Shown piece by piece: positions 25,062-36,424 of a DNA stretch of 64,000 nt. Within the stretch, counting starts at the first letter, position 1, and each line of letters begins with the position of its first letter. Both the position numbers and the translations under genes were made by a program. A model generated the notes under the pieces. It was given only the letters and a program-made list of their open reading frames with translations. It was not told the DNA's origin and ran no database searches. Source of the DNA: Mobula hypostoma (lineage: Eukaryota); NCBI RefSeq assembly GCF_963921235.1, contig NC_086097.1, positions 50,780,001 through 50,844,000 of the forward strand, in the 5' to 3' direction.

Positions 25062-26111
25062 GATTGGTAAGAATAGGATGGCTTGGCAGATGTATGCATG
25101 GCTAGGGAATTGGTGTGAGGGCAGGGTTTCAGATATGCCGATCATTGGGATCTTTTCTGGGGAAGGTATGACCTGTATGAAAAGGATGGGCTACACCTGA
25201 ACTTAGTGAGGTCAATATTTTGTATCGAAAATACACGTTGGTAGCAGAGTGGGTAGGATGGCTCAGTTGGTAAAAATGAGGTCAAATCCTTTGAAAGAGG
25301 TGACATGGGATCAGAAGATGTAGAATCCTTGTGTAGAGTTAAGGCACTGCAAGGGTAAAAGACTCTGATGTGAGTTGTATGCAGGCCTCCAGACAGTAGT
25401 CAGGATGTGGAGTACAAATTACAACAGGAGATAGGAAAGGCTTGTCCAAAGGACAATGTTACGACGATCATGGAGGATTCAATGTGCAGGTAGTTTGGGA
25501 AAATCCCAGGAGAAGGAGTTTGGAGAATACCTAGAAGATAACTTTTTAGAGCACCTTGTAGTTGAGCCCACTGGGGAAAAGGCAATTTTGGATTGGGTGT
25601 TTTGATTTGATTAGGAGTTTAAGGTAAAGGAAGCCTTAGGAGGCAGTGATCATAATCTGATAGCGTTCACCCTGTAGTTTAGAAGGGGAAGCTAAAATCA
25701 GATGTATCATTATTTTAGAGTAAAGGGAACTACAGAGGCATGAGAAAGGACTTGGCCAAAGTTAATTGGAAGGAGACAACAGCAGGGACGATGGCGAAAC
25801 AGTAATGGCTGGAGTTTTGGGAGCAATTCTGAAGGTGCATAGATACATCCCAAAGAAGTATTCTAAAGGGAGGACGAGGCAATCATAGCAGACAAGGGAA
25901 GTCGAAAACAGTATAAATGCAAAAGAGAGGATACACAATATAGCAAAAATTAGTGGGAAGCTAGAGGATTGGGAAACTTTTAAAAACTAACAGATGGCAA
26001 CTGAAAAAGCAATAGGAAGAGAAAAGATGAAATATGAAGGTAAGCTAGCCAATAATATAAAAGACAATACCAAAAGATTTCTCAGTTGTATAAAGGATAA
26101 AGGAGAGGCGA

Positions 26112-26439
26112 TAACTGTTTTTAATGGAGGTCGGGTTTGAGGACGTGGTTGTTTTAAGTTGTTTAAGTCTACTTGATACCTAGTTAGCCCATTGCTTTGC
26201 TTTGCTTTTTAGATTAGTTGCACGGTGGGTTTTTTTTTGGGGGGTTTTCTTCTCTTTATTGATATGTATGGAAAATTAGTATACTATTATATTACCTTGT
26301 TATTTTATATCTAAACTGCACTGTTTGTACTAATTTTTTTTGTGTATTAATATCTCTTGTAAATTTATATCGCAACAGTGTATTAGTTTCTACATGGTTT
26401 ACCTTTTGTGTACTAATACAATAAAAAGATTTAAAAAGA
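26112..26439 (+). mobile_element. LINE (L1-like) 3'UTR fragment nested in CR1
   Basis: Perfect 15-bp TSD ATAAAGGAGAGGCGA (26097-26111 / 26440-26454); AATAAA plus A-rich tail. Same family as 63370-63726. Confidence 0.8.
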
Positions 26440-28799
26440 ATAAAGGAGAGGCGAGAGTAGATATCAGATCACTGGAAAATGACACCTGAGAGGTGGAATG
26501 GAGAAGGTGTTTGGGAAGCTGAAAGGTCTGAAGGTAAATAGGTCACCTGGACCGGATGAATTATACCCCAAGGTTCTGAAAGAGGTAGGGTGAAGGGGAT
26601 GTTGAGGCATTAGTAGTGATCTTTCAAGAATCACTCCACTCTTTAAGAAGGGAGGGAGGCAAAAGGTAGGACATTATAGGCCAGTTAACCTGACTTCAGT
26701 GGTTGGGAAGATGTTAGAGTCCATTATTAAGGATGAGGTTTTGGGGTATTTGGACACACATGATAAGATAGGCCAAAGGCAGCCTGCTATCCTTAAGGGG
26801 CTATATTGCCTGACAAACCTGTTGGAATTCTATGCAGAAACAACAGGCAGGATGGACAGAGAGTCAGTGGATATTGTTTACTTGGATTTTCAGAAAGCCT
26901 TTTACAAGGTGCCATATATGAGGCTGCTAAACAAGATTAAAGTCCATGATATTACACGAGAGATATTAGCATGGATAGAAGATTGGCTAACTGGTAGGCG
27001 ACAAAGAGTGGGAATAAATGGGGTCTTTTCTGATTGGCTGGCGGTGACTAGTGGTATTCTGCAGGGGTCGGTATTGGGACTGTTTCTTTTTACATTATAT
27101 ATCAATGATTTGGATAACAGAATTGTTGGCTTTATGGCCAGGTTTGCGGAAGAAACGAAGATAGGTGGAGGAGAAGATAGTGTTGAGGCAGCATTAAATC
27201 TGCATAAAGACTTGGATTGATTAAGAGAATGGGCAAAGAAGTGACAAATGGAATATAGTGTAGGGAAGTGTTTGGTCATGGACTCTTATAGAAGGAATAA
27301 AGGTTCAGACCATTTTCTAAACAGGGAGAAAATTCAGAAATCAGAGGTGCAAAGCGACTTGGGGGTCCTTGTGCAGGATTCCCTGAAGATTAACTTGCAG
27401 GTTGAGTCAGTGGTAAGGAAGGCAAATGCAATATTAGCATTCTTTTCAAGAGGACTAGAATATAAAAGCAAGGATGTAATGCTGAGGCTTTATAAGGCAC
27501 TGGTCAGACCACACTTGGAATATTGTGTAGCAGTTTTGGGCTCCTTATCTAAGAAAAGATGTGCTGGCATTGGAGATGGTCCAGAGGAGGTTCATGAGGA
27601 TGATTCCAGGAACTAAAAGTTTATTGTATGAGGAGTGTTTGATTGCTCTGGCTCTGTATTTGCCTGAGATTAGAAGAATGACTGGGCGAATCTCATGGAA
27701 ACTTATTAAATATTGAAAGGCCTACAGAGAATGGACATGGAGAGGATGTTTCCTATATTGGGAGAGTCTAGGATGAGAGGTCATAGCTTCAGAATAGAAG
27801 GACGATCCTTTAGAACAAATGATGAGGAATTTCTTTAACCAGCTGGTGGTGGATTTGTGGAATTAACTGCTACAGACAGCTGTGGAGGCTAAGTCATTGG
27901 TACAGATTGATAGGTTCTTGATTAGTAAGGGTGTCAAAAGTTATGGGGTGAAGGTAGGAGAATGGAGTTGAGAGGGATAATAAATCAGCCATGATTGAAT
28001 AGCAGAGAAGACTCAATGGGCCACATAACCTATTTTTCTTCCCTATATCCTATGTCTTTAACTACCAAACCAGTTCTCCTGAACTGCAATACATTCAGGC
28101 ATTATAGCCATTAATTGACAGAATTGTAGTAATGCTGTACTTTAATGTAGTGTAGTTGCAGATATTGCTTTTTTTATAATGAGAGAGGAGCCAAATTGGT
28201 ACTTTGCTGCCATTACCTTTCATTTCCAGATCTCCTGTAAAATCATTGTTATTTGCTTACCATTCTTCTGTCCTCACCTTCCCCATTCTATCACGTGTTA
28301 GCAGTAGTGGTGTAGAAAGTAGTTCTCATTGAAGGAAGCAGTATGCAGTTGGTTGCATTCATTTTAACTTCAGAAAAATACAATGTCACTAAACTTCTTT
28401 ACTTTGAATGCACTTTTGATTATATTTTTGAACCCTTAGTCTTGCAATATTAAAAATTACCATAACGTGCAACAATAAGAACAGAACTGAAAGTAGCCTT
28501 ATTGGTCAAATGTTATAGCTGAATATTTTCAATATAAAATGTTGTACATATTTTCAGTGTTTAATTTTTGTCAGTGTATTTTGTTTTCTTTAACTGACTC
28601 ATCTGAAGTTTCTTAATGTTTGTTTCTGAAATAATAGGAAAAACACTCAAGGAAAATACTCTTATTGGATTGTATTCTGTGCTAAATTCATAATTATAGA
28701 AAACAATAGTAATCACAAGACTACATTTAAAATATTTCCTCCTGAATAAAATATGACTTGTGGATGCTGCAGAAATGATCTTTTTCTCCTATAAGTTTA

Positions 28800-30403
28800 C
28801 AAACCCCATTTCCAGAAAAGTTGGGATATTTTCCAAAATGCAATAAAAACAAAAATCTGTGATATGTTAATTCACGTGAACCTTTATTTAACTGACAAAA
28901 GTACAAAGAAAAGATTTTCAAAAGTTTTACTGACCAACTTAATTGTATTTTGTAAACATACACAAATTTAGAATCTGATGGCTGCAACACACTCAACAAA
29001 GGTTGGGACAGAGGCATGTTTACCATTGTGTTACATTACCTTTCCTTTTAATAACACTTTTTAATCATTTTGGAACTGAGGTTGCTAATTGTAGTAGATT
29101 TGCAATTGGAAATTTTGTCCATTCTTGCTTGATATAAGACTTCAGCTGCTCAACAGTCCATGGTCTCTGTTGTCTGATTCTCCTCTTCATGATGCGCCGT
29201 ACATTTTCAATAGGAGATAGATCTGGACTGGCAGCAGGCTAGTCAAGCACACGCACTCTGTGTCTACAAAGCCACGCTGTTGTAGCCCGTGCAGAATGTG
29301 GTCTGGCATTGTCCTGCTGAAATAAGCATGGACGTCCCGGGAAGAGACATCGCCTTGATGGCAACATATGTCTCTCTAAAATCCTAATATACGCCTCAGA
29401 GTCAATGGTACCTTCACATACATGCAACTCACCCATGCCGTGGGCACTGATGCACCCCCATACCATCACAGATGCTAGCTTTTGCACCGTTTGCTGATAA
29501 CAATCTGGATGGTCGTTTTCATCTTTGGCATGGAGAACTTGACGTCCATTTTTTCCGAAAACTAGCTGAAATGTGGACTCATCTGACCACAGCAGACGGT
29601 TCCACTGTCTTTCGGTCCATCTGAGATGAGCTCGGGCCCAGAGAACTCACCGGCATTTCTGCATGGGGTTGATGTATGGCTTCCTCCTTGTGTAATACAG
29701 TTTCAAGTTGCATTTCTGGATGCAACGACGGACTGTGTTGAGTGACAATGGTTTTCCGAAGTACTCCCGAGCCCAGGTGGCTATAATTGTCACAGTAGCA
29801 TGGCGGTTTCTTAGGCACTGCCGCCTGAGGGCTCGAAGATTACGCGCATTCAACAGTGGTTTCCGACCTTGCCCTTTACGCACTGAGATGTCTCTGAATT
29901 CTCTGAATCTTTTCACAATATTATGTACTGTAGATGTTGAAAGACCTAAATTCTTTGCAATCTTGCGTTCAGAAATGTTCCTTTTGAACTGACTAACAAT
30001 TCTCTAACGAACTTCGGCACAAAGGGGTGAGCCACGACCCATCCTCGCTTGCAAAGACTGAACCTTTGATGGACGCTACCTTTATACCCGGTCATGATAC
30101 CTCACCTGCTACCAATTAGCCTGCTTAATGTGGAGTCTTCCAAACCGGTGTTACTTGAATATTCTGTGCACTTTTCAATCTTATTTTAACTCTGTCCCAA
30201 CTTTTGTTGAGTGTGTTGCAGCCATCAAATTCTAAATTTGTGTATATTTACAAAATCCAATTAAGTTGGTCAGTAAAACTATTGAAAATCTTTTCTTTGT
30301 ACTTTTGTAAGTTAAATAAAGGTTCACGTGAATTAACATATCACAGCTTTTTGTTTTTATTGCACTTTGGAAAATTACCCAACTTTTCTGGAAATGGGGT
30401 TTG
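28800..30403 (-). mobile_element. Full-length Tc1/mariner (DD34E) DNA transposon
   Basis: ~213-bp TIRs starting CAAACCCCATTTCCAGAAAAGTTGGG, with an internal repeat of the AAAGTTGGGA motif. TA on both flanks; 1604 bp. Confidence 0.96.
29020..30042 (-). pseudogene. Tc1 transposase pseudogene (340 codons, 4 in-frame stops, no frameshift)
   Basis: MGRGSPLC...KGQGRKPLL...WSDES...FQQDNARPH...SPDLSPIEN, with D-34-E spacing. Stops at 30004-30006, 29647-29649, 29239-29241 and 29065-29067. Confidence 0.93.
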
Positions 30404-31164
30404 TATTTTAAAATGTATTCAGTGTATAGCAAGTTTATTGTTAAGTAGTTAAAAGCAGAATGAAGTTTTGAATCAGTGAGTGCAAAGAAGGACCTTAAGA
30501 CCTTAAAGGAATTCCTCAATGTGTAACATTTTGTCTGTACACTGATGACTTAATGTGGGATTTGAGGGCTCATACTCATTTGTACTTTTCTCATAGCCAA
30601 GTGTTGTGTGTTTGTTATGCATTCATTACAGAACTACATAATTACTACAAAACGTCATATTCTGTACTCAAAATACATACATACTGACTTGTATCTGGTA
30701 TAATTCTGCTAAGTATGCCAAAAGCAGCTCAGCATTAGGGATAGAACTTGGCCTTATACTGCATTTGAAGTTTCTGGAACCTCTTGTCTAACTTCAGCGT
30801 GGCCTACATATTGGATGGTCTGACTTGGAGTGGGAATTTTTAAGATACTTTGTCAGGCACTAGCCTGGACTACAGTGGGTGACGTGATGAAATGTGCTTG
30901 TTCTGGACTTCAAAGATCACATGCTACAGGTAGGTCAAGATGGCTTCTTTAAGCAACTTGAAATTTTGGGATCTTTGTAGTGCAACCAGACATTAGTAGG
31001 AAAGAGTTTAAGCCTATGAATTACTGTTCAAAGGTGGTATTTTCAAGGTATCTAATGTAGCGTTTCAGCTTTCAACTATTTTGATTTGAAATACAGTAAA
31101 ATACCAATTTGTCACCTTTTTAAAATGGATGTTATAAAGTATTGTTTTTCTTGTTTTACTGCAG

Positions 31165-31279
31165 AACTTTAAGTTACTTGTTTTTGAGTGACCTTCCTGG
31201 CATAGAAGAAAAAGAAAGAACACTTCAGACTTTACAAAAGGCTCTACCCGCCTGCCAGCTGAAAGTGGACCTTGCATAA
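31165..31279 (+). CDS. DMAC2L: DMAC2L last coding exon
   Basis: Acceptor ttgttttactgcag. Reads (K)TLSYLFLSDLPGIEEKERTLQTLQKALPACQLKVDLA*. Total CDS is 101+209+172+115=597 nt (198 aa). Confidence 0.94.
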
Positions 31280-31319
31280 AACTACTTTTGAAATACTTAT
31301 AAAGTCAGTAATGTATGCA

Positions 31320-31325
31320 AATAAA
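31320..31325 (+). terminator. Candidate DMAC2L polyadenylation signal AATAAA
   Basis: First AATAAA, 40 nt after the stop codon. Further AATAAA hexamers occur downstream (around 31467 and 31790-31805), so actual usage is unknown. Confidence 0.4.
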
Positions 31326-33185
31326 AAGCTTGCATATGGATACAACTTCAGAAAATATCTCAAAAATAGCTTTAGTATTATTTAAGAATGAAATTATGAC
31401 AGAACTAGTGTGTTCACAGAAGAAACAAAACCCACTAAGGTGCTTTAAATTCATCTATAAATTAAAATAAAAACTAAAATTTGGCTTAATCCACCCTATT
31501 GTCCTGAAATGAGGAAACTAAACATCCATGAATCAAATTATAATTATACTGAAAATGTTTAAGCATTAATAATTGACATATTATTAGAAATACTCCCCTT
31601 GGTAGTCTTCACATCAAAATACCTTGGAGGTGTGTACACACAGCTAGTAGGAAACTGCATTATTTTATTACTTTATTTGTAATTATGAAGTACAACATTA
31701 TGAAGTAGAATGGTGTACATTTTGTTGCATTATATATAGATAACTGGATGTCTAAATTATTTCATTAAATTTATGATTTAATATAAAATATAATAAAGAA
31801 ATAAAATCAGAGCAAATTGCCATTAAATATAAATGGTATAATTGTAGTAACAGTTCAGAACCATTTTTTTCAGTGATGGTATATGGATGTTGCTGACAAA
31901 TCAAATGAATAGCTTTTGTGGTAGGTCATTTTAGAGGCTGGTTAACAGTCAACTACAAATGTGTAAGTTGGTGTGACCTGGGGGCACATTCGTACCAGAC
32001 TGAACAATGATCACTGATTTCCTCTTATAACAGAATAATACAAAATTTAATATGACATGCAACATTCTTAAAGAGTGGAATTGTGCTACTTTGACCTAGA
32101 ATGGTGTATATCAACAACAATTTGGTTGTTTTTAAGGGACTTTTCTGATGTTGTAGCTTTAAGGTTTAAACCAGTACTTGTGTAAAAATCATAGTGATAA
32201 CAGCTACAGTTTTTGTTTTCAACTATCTGATTTAAATCTAACATTGTATCTGAGGGTTAAAAAAACTGCTGTTGCTGTAAGTCAAATAAAAACAGAAATC
32301 ACAACAGGTCAGGCAGCACTCTGTGGAGAGGGGAACAATTATTATTTTAGGCCTATGATCTCTCATAATTCTGATGAGTGATTCAGCACTTTGCCTTTTT
32401 ACTACTGATACAAATAATGTTAGGATATGAGTTCCTGTGTGATTTCAGACACATTATTAACTTCAAGCTCCATCAATCTTCATGTTAAGATTTGATTAGT
32501 AAGCTCAATAACATGCAAAAATACAAAGGAAGACCCTTCTGAATTTTACATGGCGAGTACTCGCATTATATATATTCGCAAGTATATCGGCACGGACTAG
32601 AAGGGCCGAGATGGCCTGTTTCTGTGCTGTAATTGTTATATGGTTTATATTAATTTGTTGATTAATTGCCAAAGCTACACTCAAATATTTGATGAACAAC
32701 TTAATGCCTTTGAATTGAGGTAATCTTCTATACTGAAACTTTTTTAATACAACAAAATCAAAACTAAGTAATTCAAAATGAAATTAATGTGGAAGTCAAA
32801 TTAAGACTGAAAACAAATTATTCTGTTTTTGTTAGGCAGACAGATTGTAAATTCAGCTGGCTTGACCTTAAAATTTTGCTCAGCAGAGAAAATTGGTCCT
32901 GTTTTTTTCCCATGAAAAAAGGTAATTATTGCTAAAAGTATGGAGGACTATCATTGGCAGTATCCTTGTTTTAACAGTCAACTTTTGTTAGGGATGAATG
33001 TAAAGAAGCACTTCATTTTCAGAGATCTTATGACTTACTAGGTTTCTCCAGGAAGTGGAACTCTAATTATCTTTTAAGCAACAAGCTGTGCATAGTATAT
33101 AGTGTTGTTTCTTTATACAAATATTGTACACATTAAAAAAAACCTTTTACAAAGTACAGTACTTCCTGCTCATAATTCATTTCTG

Positions 33186-33191
33186 TTTATT
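33186..33191 (-). terminator. Candidate CDKL1 polyadenylation signal AATAAA
   Basis: TTTATT on the plus strand, about 160 nt downstream of the CDKL1 stop. Confidence 0.45.
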
Positions 33192-33353
33192 ATAAATATC
33201 TGCCTTTCTAAAGCCTGAACATTGTAAAAGGAAAAGGAACAAGACTATAAACTAAAATGAAAGGACGTATCTCCTTCACTTTACAATAGTTTGTGCATTT
33301 CCCTCAGAGCATCTTTTCAGGTAGATTCTTGATTGGATATGTATCCCGTTTAG

Positions 33354-33455
33354 TCAAATGTTTGGTAGGTGGTAATTATATTTCTTCTTGAAGTAATCTT
33401 TGCTTTCCATGGATGGTGAGATATTGCTGCCAGTAAGATGAGGTAAATACTGCAT
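33354..33455 (-). CDS. CDKL1: Cyclin-dependent kinase-like 1, last coding exon
   Basis: Acceptor poly-T+ag. Reads MQYLPHLTGSNISPSMESKDYFKKKYNYHLPNI*, matching the CDKL1 C-terminus pattern QYLPxLTGS...PNI. Confidence 0.92.
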   Translation of the reverse strand: MQYLPHLTGSNISPSMESKDYFKKKYNYHLPNI

Positions 33456-34270
33456 CTAAAAAAAAACATTAAATACAGTAACTGGATTTAAACATGTAAA
33501 ATGATCCTGTAACATTGTGATTAGGTTCTTGGGTTTATAACTGGAGGTTTGGAATAGATGATAGAGATCATAAAGTAATAGAAGAAATAGACCCTTTGTC
33601 CCAATGAGTCTGTTCCAACTCTCAAACACTGTTGAAACAAATCTCTCAAAAGTCCCATTTTATTCTGCTCACATTTCATCATCTCACCATAGATTCTATG
33701 CTTTCCACCACCCACATGCACAATTTATAGTGATCAGTGCATATCTTTGGAAGCTGGAGCACCAGGAACATAGTCCATGCAGTGACAAGGAGAATTTGCA
33801 AACTCCACACAGTTAGCATCAGAGGTCAGAGCTGAACCCAAGTTGATGGAGGTTTGAGGCAGCCACTACCCTAGCTATGCTATCCTACAGTATGATCCAA
33901 GCAATGAATTCAAATTCCTGCAGATGGGGACTGAAAGTTTGAATAGTTAAATAAATATGGAATAAAAAAAATAAAATTAGTCATGGTGACCATTACAGCA
34001 ATAGGAACATAGAAAACTTACAGCACAATACAGGCCCCTCGGCCCACAAAGCTGTGCCAAACATGTCCTTAAAAACATTAAAACTGGCATCATGGCAGTC
34101 CTCCAGGTTAGAGAATTCCAAAGATTTACTATCCTCTGAGTGAAGATGTTTGTTCTCATCTCAGCCCTGAAATGTTGGGCCCTTAATCATAAGATTGTGC
34201 TCCCTTCTGCACACTCCAGCCATAGAAACCATTATCCCTTCACCTATTCTGCCAAGGCCATAACAATTAT

Positions 34271-34921
34271 ACACATAAAAGTTGCTGGTGAACGCAGCAG
34301 GCCAGGCAGTATCTCTAGGAAGAGGTACAGTCAGTGTTTCGGGCCAAGACCCTTCGTCAGGACTAACTGAAAGAAGAGCTAGTAAGAGATTTGAAAGTGG
34401 GAGGGGGGAGGGGGAGATCCAAAATGATAGAAGACAGGAGGGGGAGGGATGGAGCCAAGAGCTGGAAAGTTGATTGGCAAAAGGGATATGAGAGGATCAT
34501 GGGACAGGAGGCCTAGGGAGAAAGAAAAGGGTGGGGTGGGGGAGCCAAGAGGATGGGCAAGAGGTATAGTGAGAGGGACAGAGAAAGAAAAAGAATGTAT
34601 GTATATCCTCTGGGCTTTCCCCCCTCCCCCTTTTCTTTCTCCCTAGGCCTCCTGTCCCATGATCCTCTCATATCCCTTTTGCCAATCACCTGTCCAGCTC
34701 TTGGCTCCATCCCTCCCCCTCCTGTCTTCTATCATTTCGGATCTCCCCCTCCCACTTTCAAATCTCCTACTAGCTCTTCCTTCAGTTAGTCCTGACAAAG
34801 GGTCTTGGCCCAAAACATTGACTGTACCTTTTCCTAGAGATGCTGCCTGGCCTGCTGCATTCTCCAGCAACTTTTATGTGTGTTGCTTGAAATTCCAGCA
34901 TCTGCAGATTTCCTCGTGTTT
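34271..34921. mobile_element. Penelope-derived fold-back insertion (inverted pair)
   Basis: Arms ~34271-34555 and ~34603-34881 are reverse complements. Perfect 13-bp TSD CCATAACAATTAT (34258-34270 / 34922-34934). Confidence 0.9.
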
Positions 34922-35289
34922 CCATAACAATTATGTATGTCTACTCTTGTTCCTCTAAACACGGTATTGGCTCAGTTTGCTTAAACTCTCTTCATATGAC
35001 AAATCCCCAGCTTCCAAGAATCAGTCTAGTGAATACTTGTTGTGTTCCTTTCAACACCTTAAGATCAGACTTGTGTACAATAGCATGGAACCTTACAGTG
35101 GCCTTATATAATTGGAACAAGTTGTCACTTCTCATTCTCTAATCTTCATGTAGTAAGGGTCAACACACAACTCTCCTTCCTACTTGCCTGTGTAGCTGCA
35201 ACTAGTGATTCATATGCAGACGTACCCAGGTCTCTGAATTCCACTACCTTTCATGCCATTTAAAAAATACCACTTTAAATCCTTTATAT

Positions 35290-36080
35290 GCGAACATACA
35301 AATTAAGAGCAGGAGGAGGACTCTTGGCCACACAAATCTACTTCATTCAGATCTTGGCCAATCTGACTGTCATCTCAATTCTCCATAATCTTTTATCTCC
35401 ATGTTTATCAAGTATCCATCTTAGTCGTATAAGTATTCAAAGACTCTGATTGCATTGCCCTTTAAGGAAGAGAATTCCAAAGAACTATGGCCTTTTGAGT
35501 TAATTTTTTAAAAAAATCACCTCCTCTCCAGCTTAAATTGACAAAATCCTTATTTTTAAACAGTGAGACCAAGCTGCAGGTTCTACTACAAGAGGACAAC
35601 ATCCTCTCCATGTCCACCCTATTAAGACTTATCCACCCTATCAATTGTGTATGTTTCAGTCAAGTCACCTATCACTCTTTGAAACTCCAGTGAATACAAG
35701 TTGACTCTGCAACTTTCTTGGCCAGACAACTGCCCATTCCAGGTATTAGCCTGGCTGGCCTGATCTGAACTGCTTCCAAAGTATTTATCTTTTTTAAATA
35801 AGCAGACCAATACTAGACATATTATTTCAGACATTATCTCATCAATGCCCTATATGATACTGATGCAAGTACGTTTTTCATTTTATATGTGCATACATGT
35901 ACTCGTGCATATGACAATAAACTTGACTTTGATTGTGACTGAGGCATAACCTCCCTACTTTTGTATTTAATCCCCCTAATAACAAATATTCATATCCTGT
36001 CACTTTTCCTAATTATTTGCTAAACTTGCATTCTAGAATTTTGTGTATCATCCATATTCCTCTGCAATACAGAGCTCTGC
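35290..36080 (-). mobile_element. Degenerate CR1 3' fragment
   Basis: LYSLEFQRVIGDLTETY and FFKKLTQKAIVLWNSLP. Similar decayed pieces at ~36640-37180 and ~53600-54070. Confidence 0.65.
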
Positions 36081-36084
36081 ACTC

Positions 36085-36424
36085 TCAGTGAGGAAATCTG
36101 TCTATTATTAAGGACCCCCATCACCCAAGACATGCCCTCTTCTCGTTGTTACTGCCAGGAAGGAGGTACAGAAGCCTGAAGGCACTCACTGAACAATTCA
36201 GGAACAGCTTCTTCTCCTCTGCCATCTGATGACTAAATGGACATTGAACCCACGAACACTACCTCACTTATTTCTGTGTTTGCATTATTTTTTATTTAAC
36301 TATATATATATTTACTGTAGTTCATTTACTTCTCTTTTCTATATTATCATGTATTGCAGTGTACTCCTGCAGCTAAGTTAACAAATTTCACAACATATGC
36401 CAGTGATATTAAAGGATTCTGATT
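36085..36424 (+). mobile_element. Rex1/Babar-like 3' fragment
   Basis: ATTATTAAGGACCCCCATCACCC...AGGAACAGCTTCTT...TTAACAAATTTCAC is shared with 1-583. Confidence 0.75.

Larger units (their letters stand above)
24248..28060 (+). mobile_element. Long degenerate CR1 LINE (ORF1 esterase-like remnant plus ORF2) with two nested insertions
   Basis: ORF1 remnant resembling VVIGDSIVRG at ~24420. ORF2 motifs YLDFQKAF, GILQGSVLG and LYKALVRPHLEYC. 3' tail at ~28030-28060. Confidence 0.88.
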
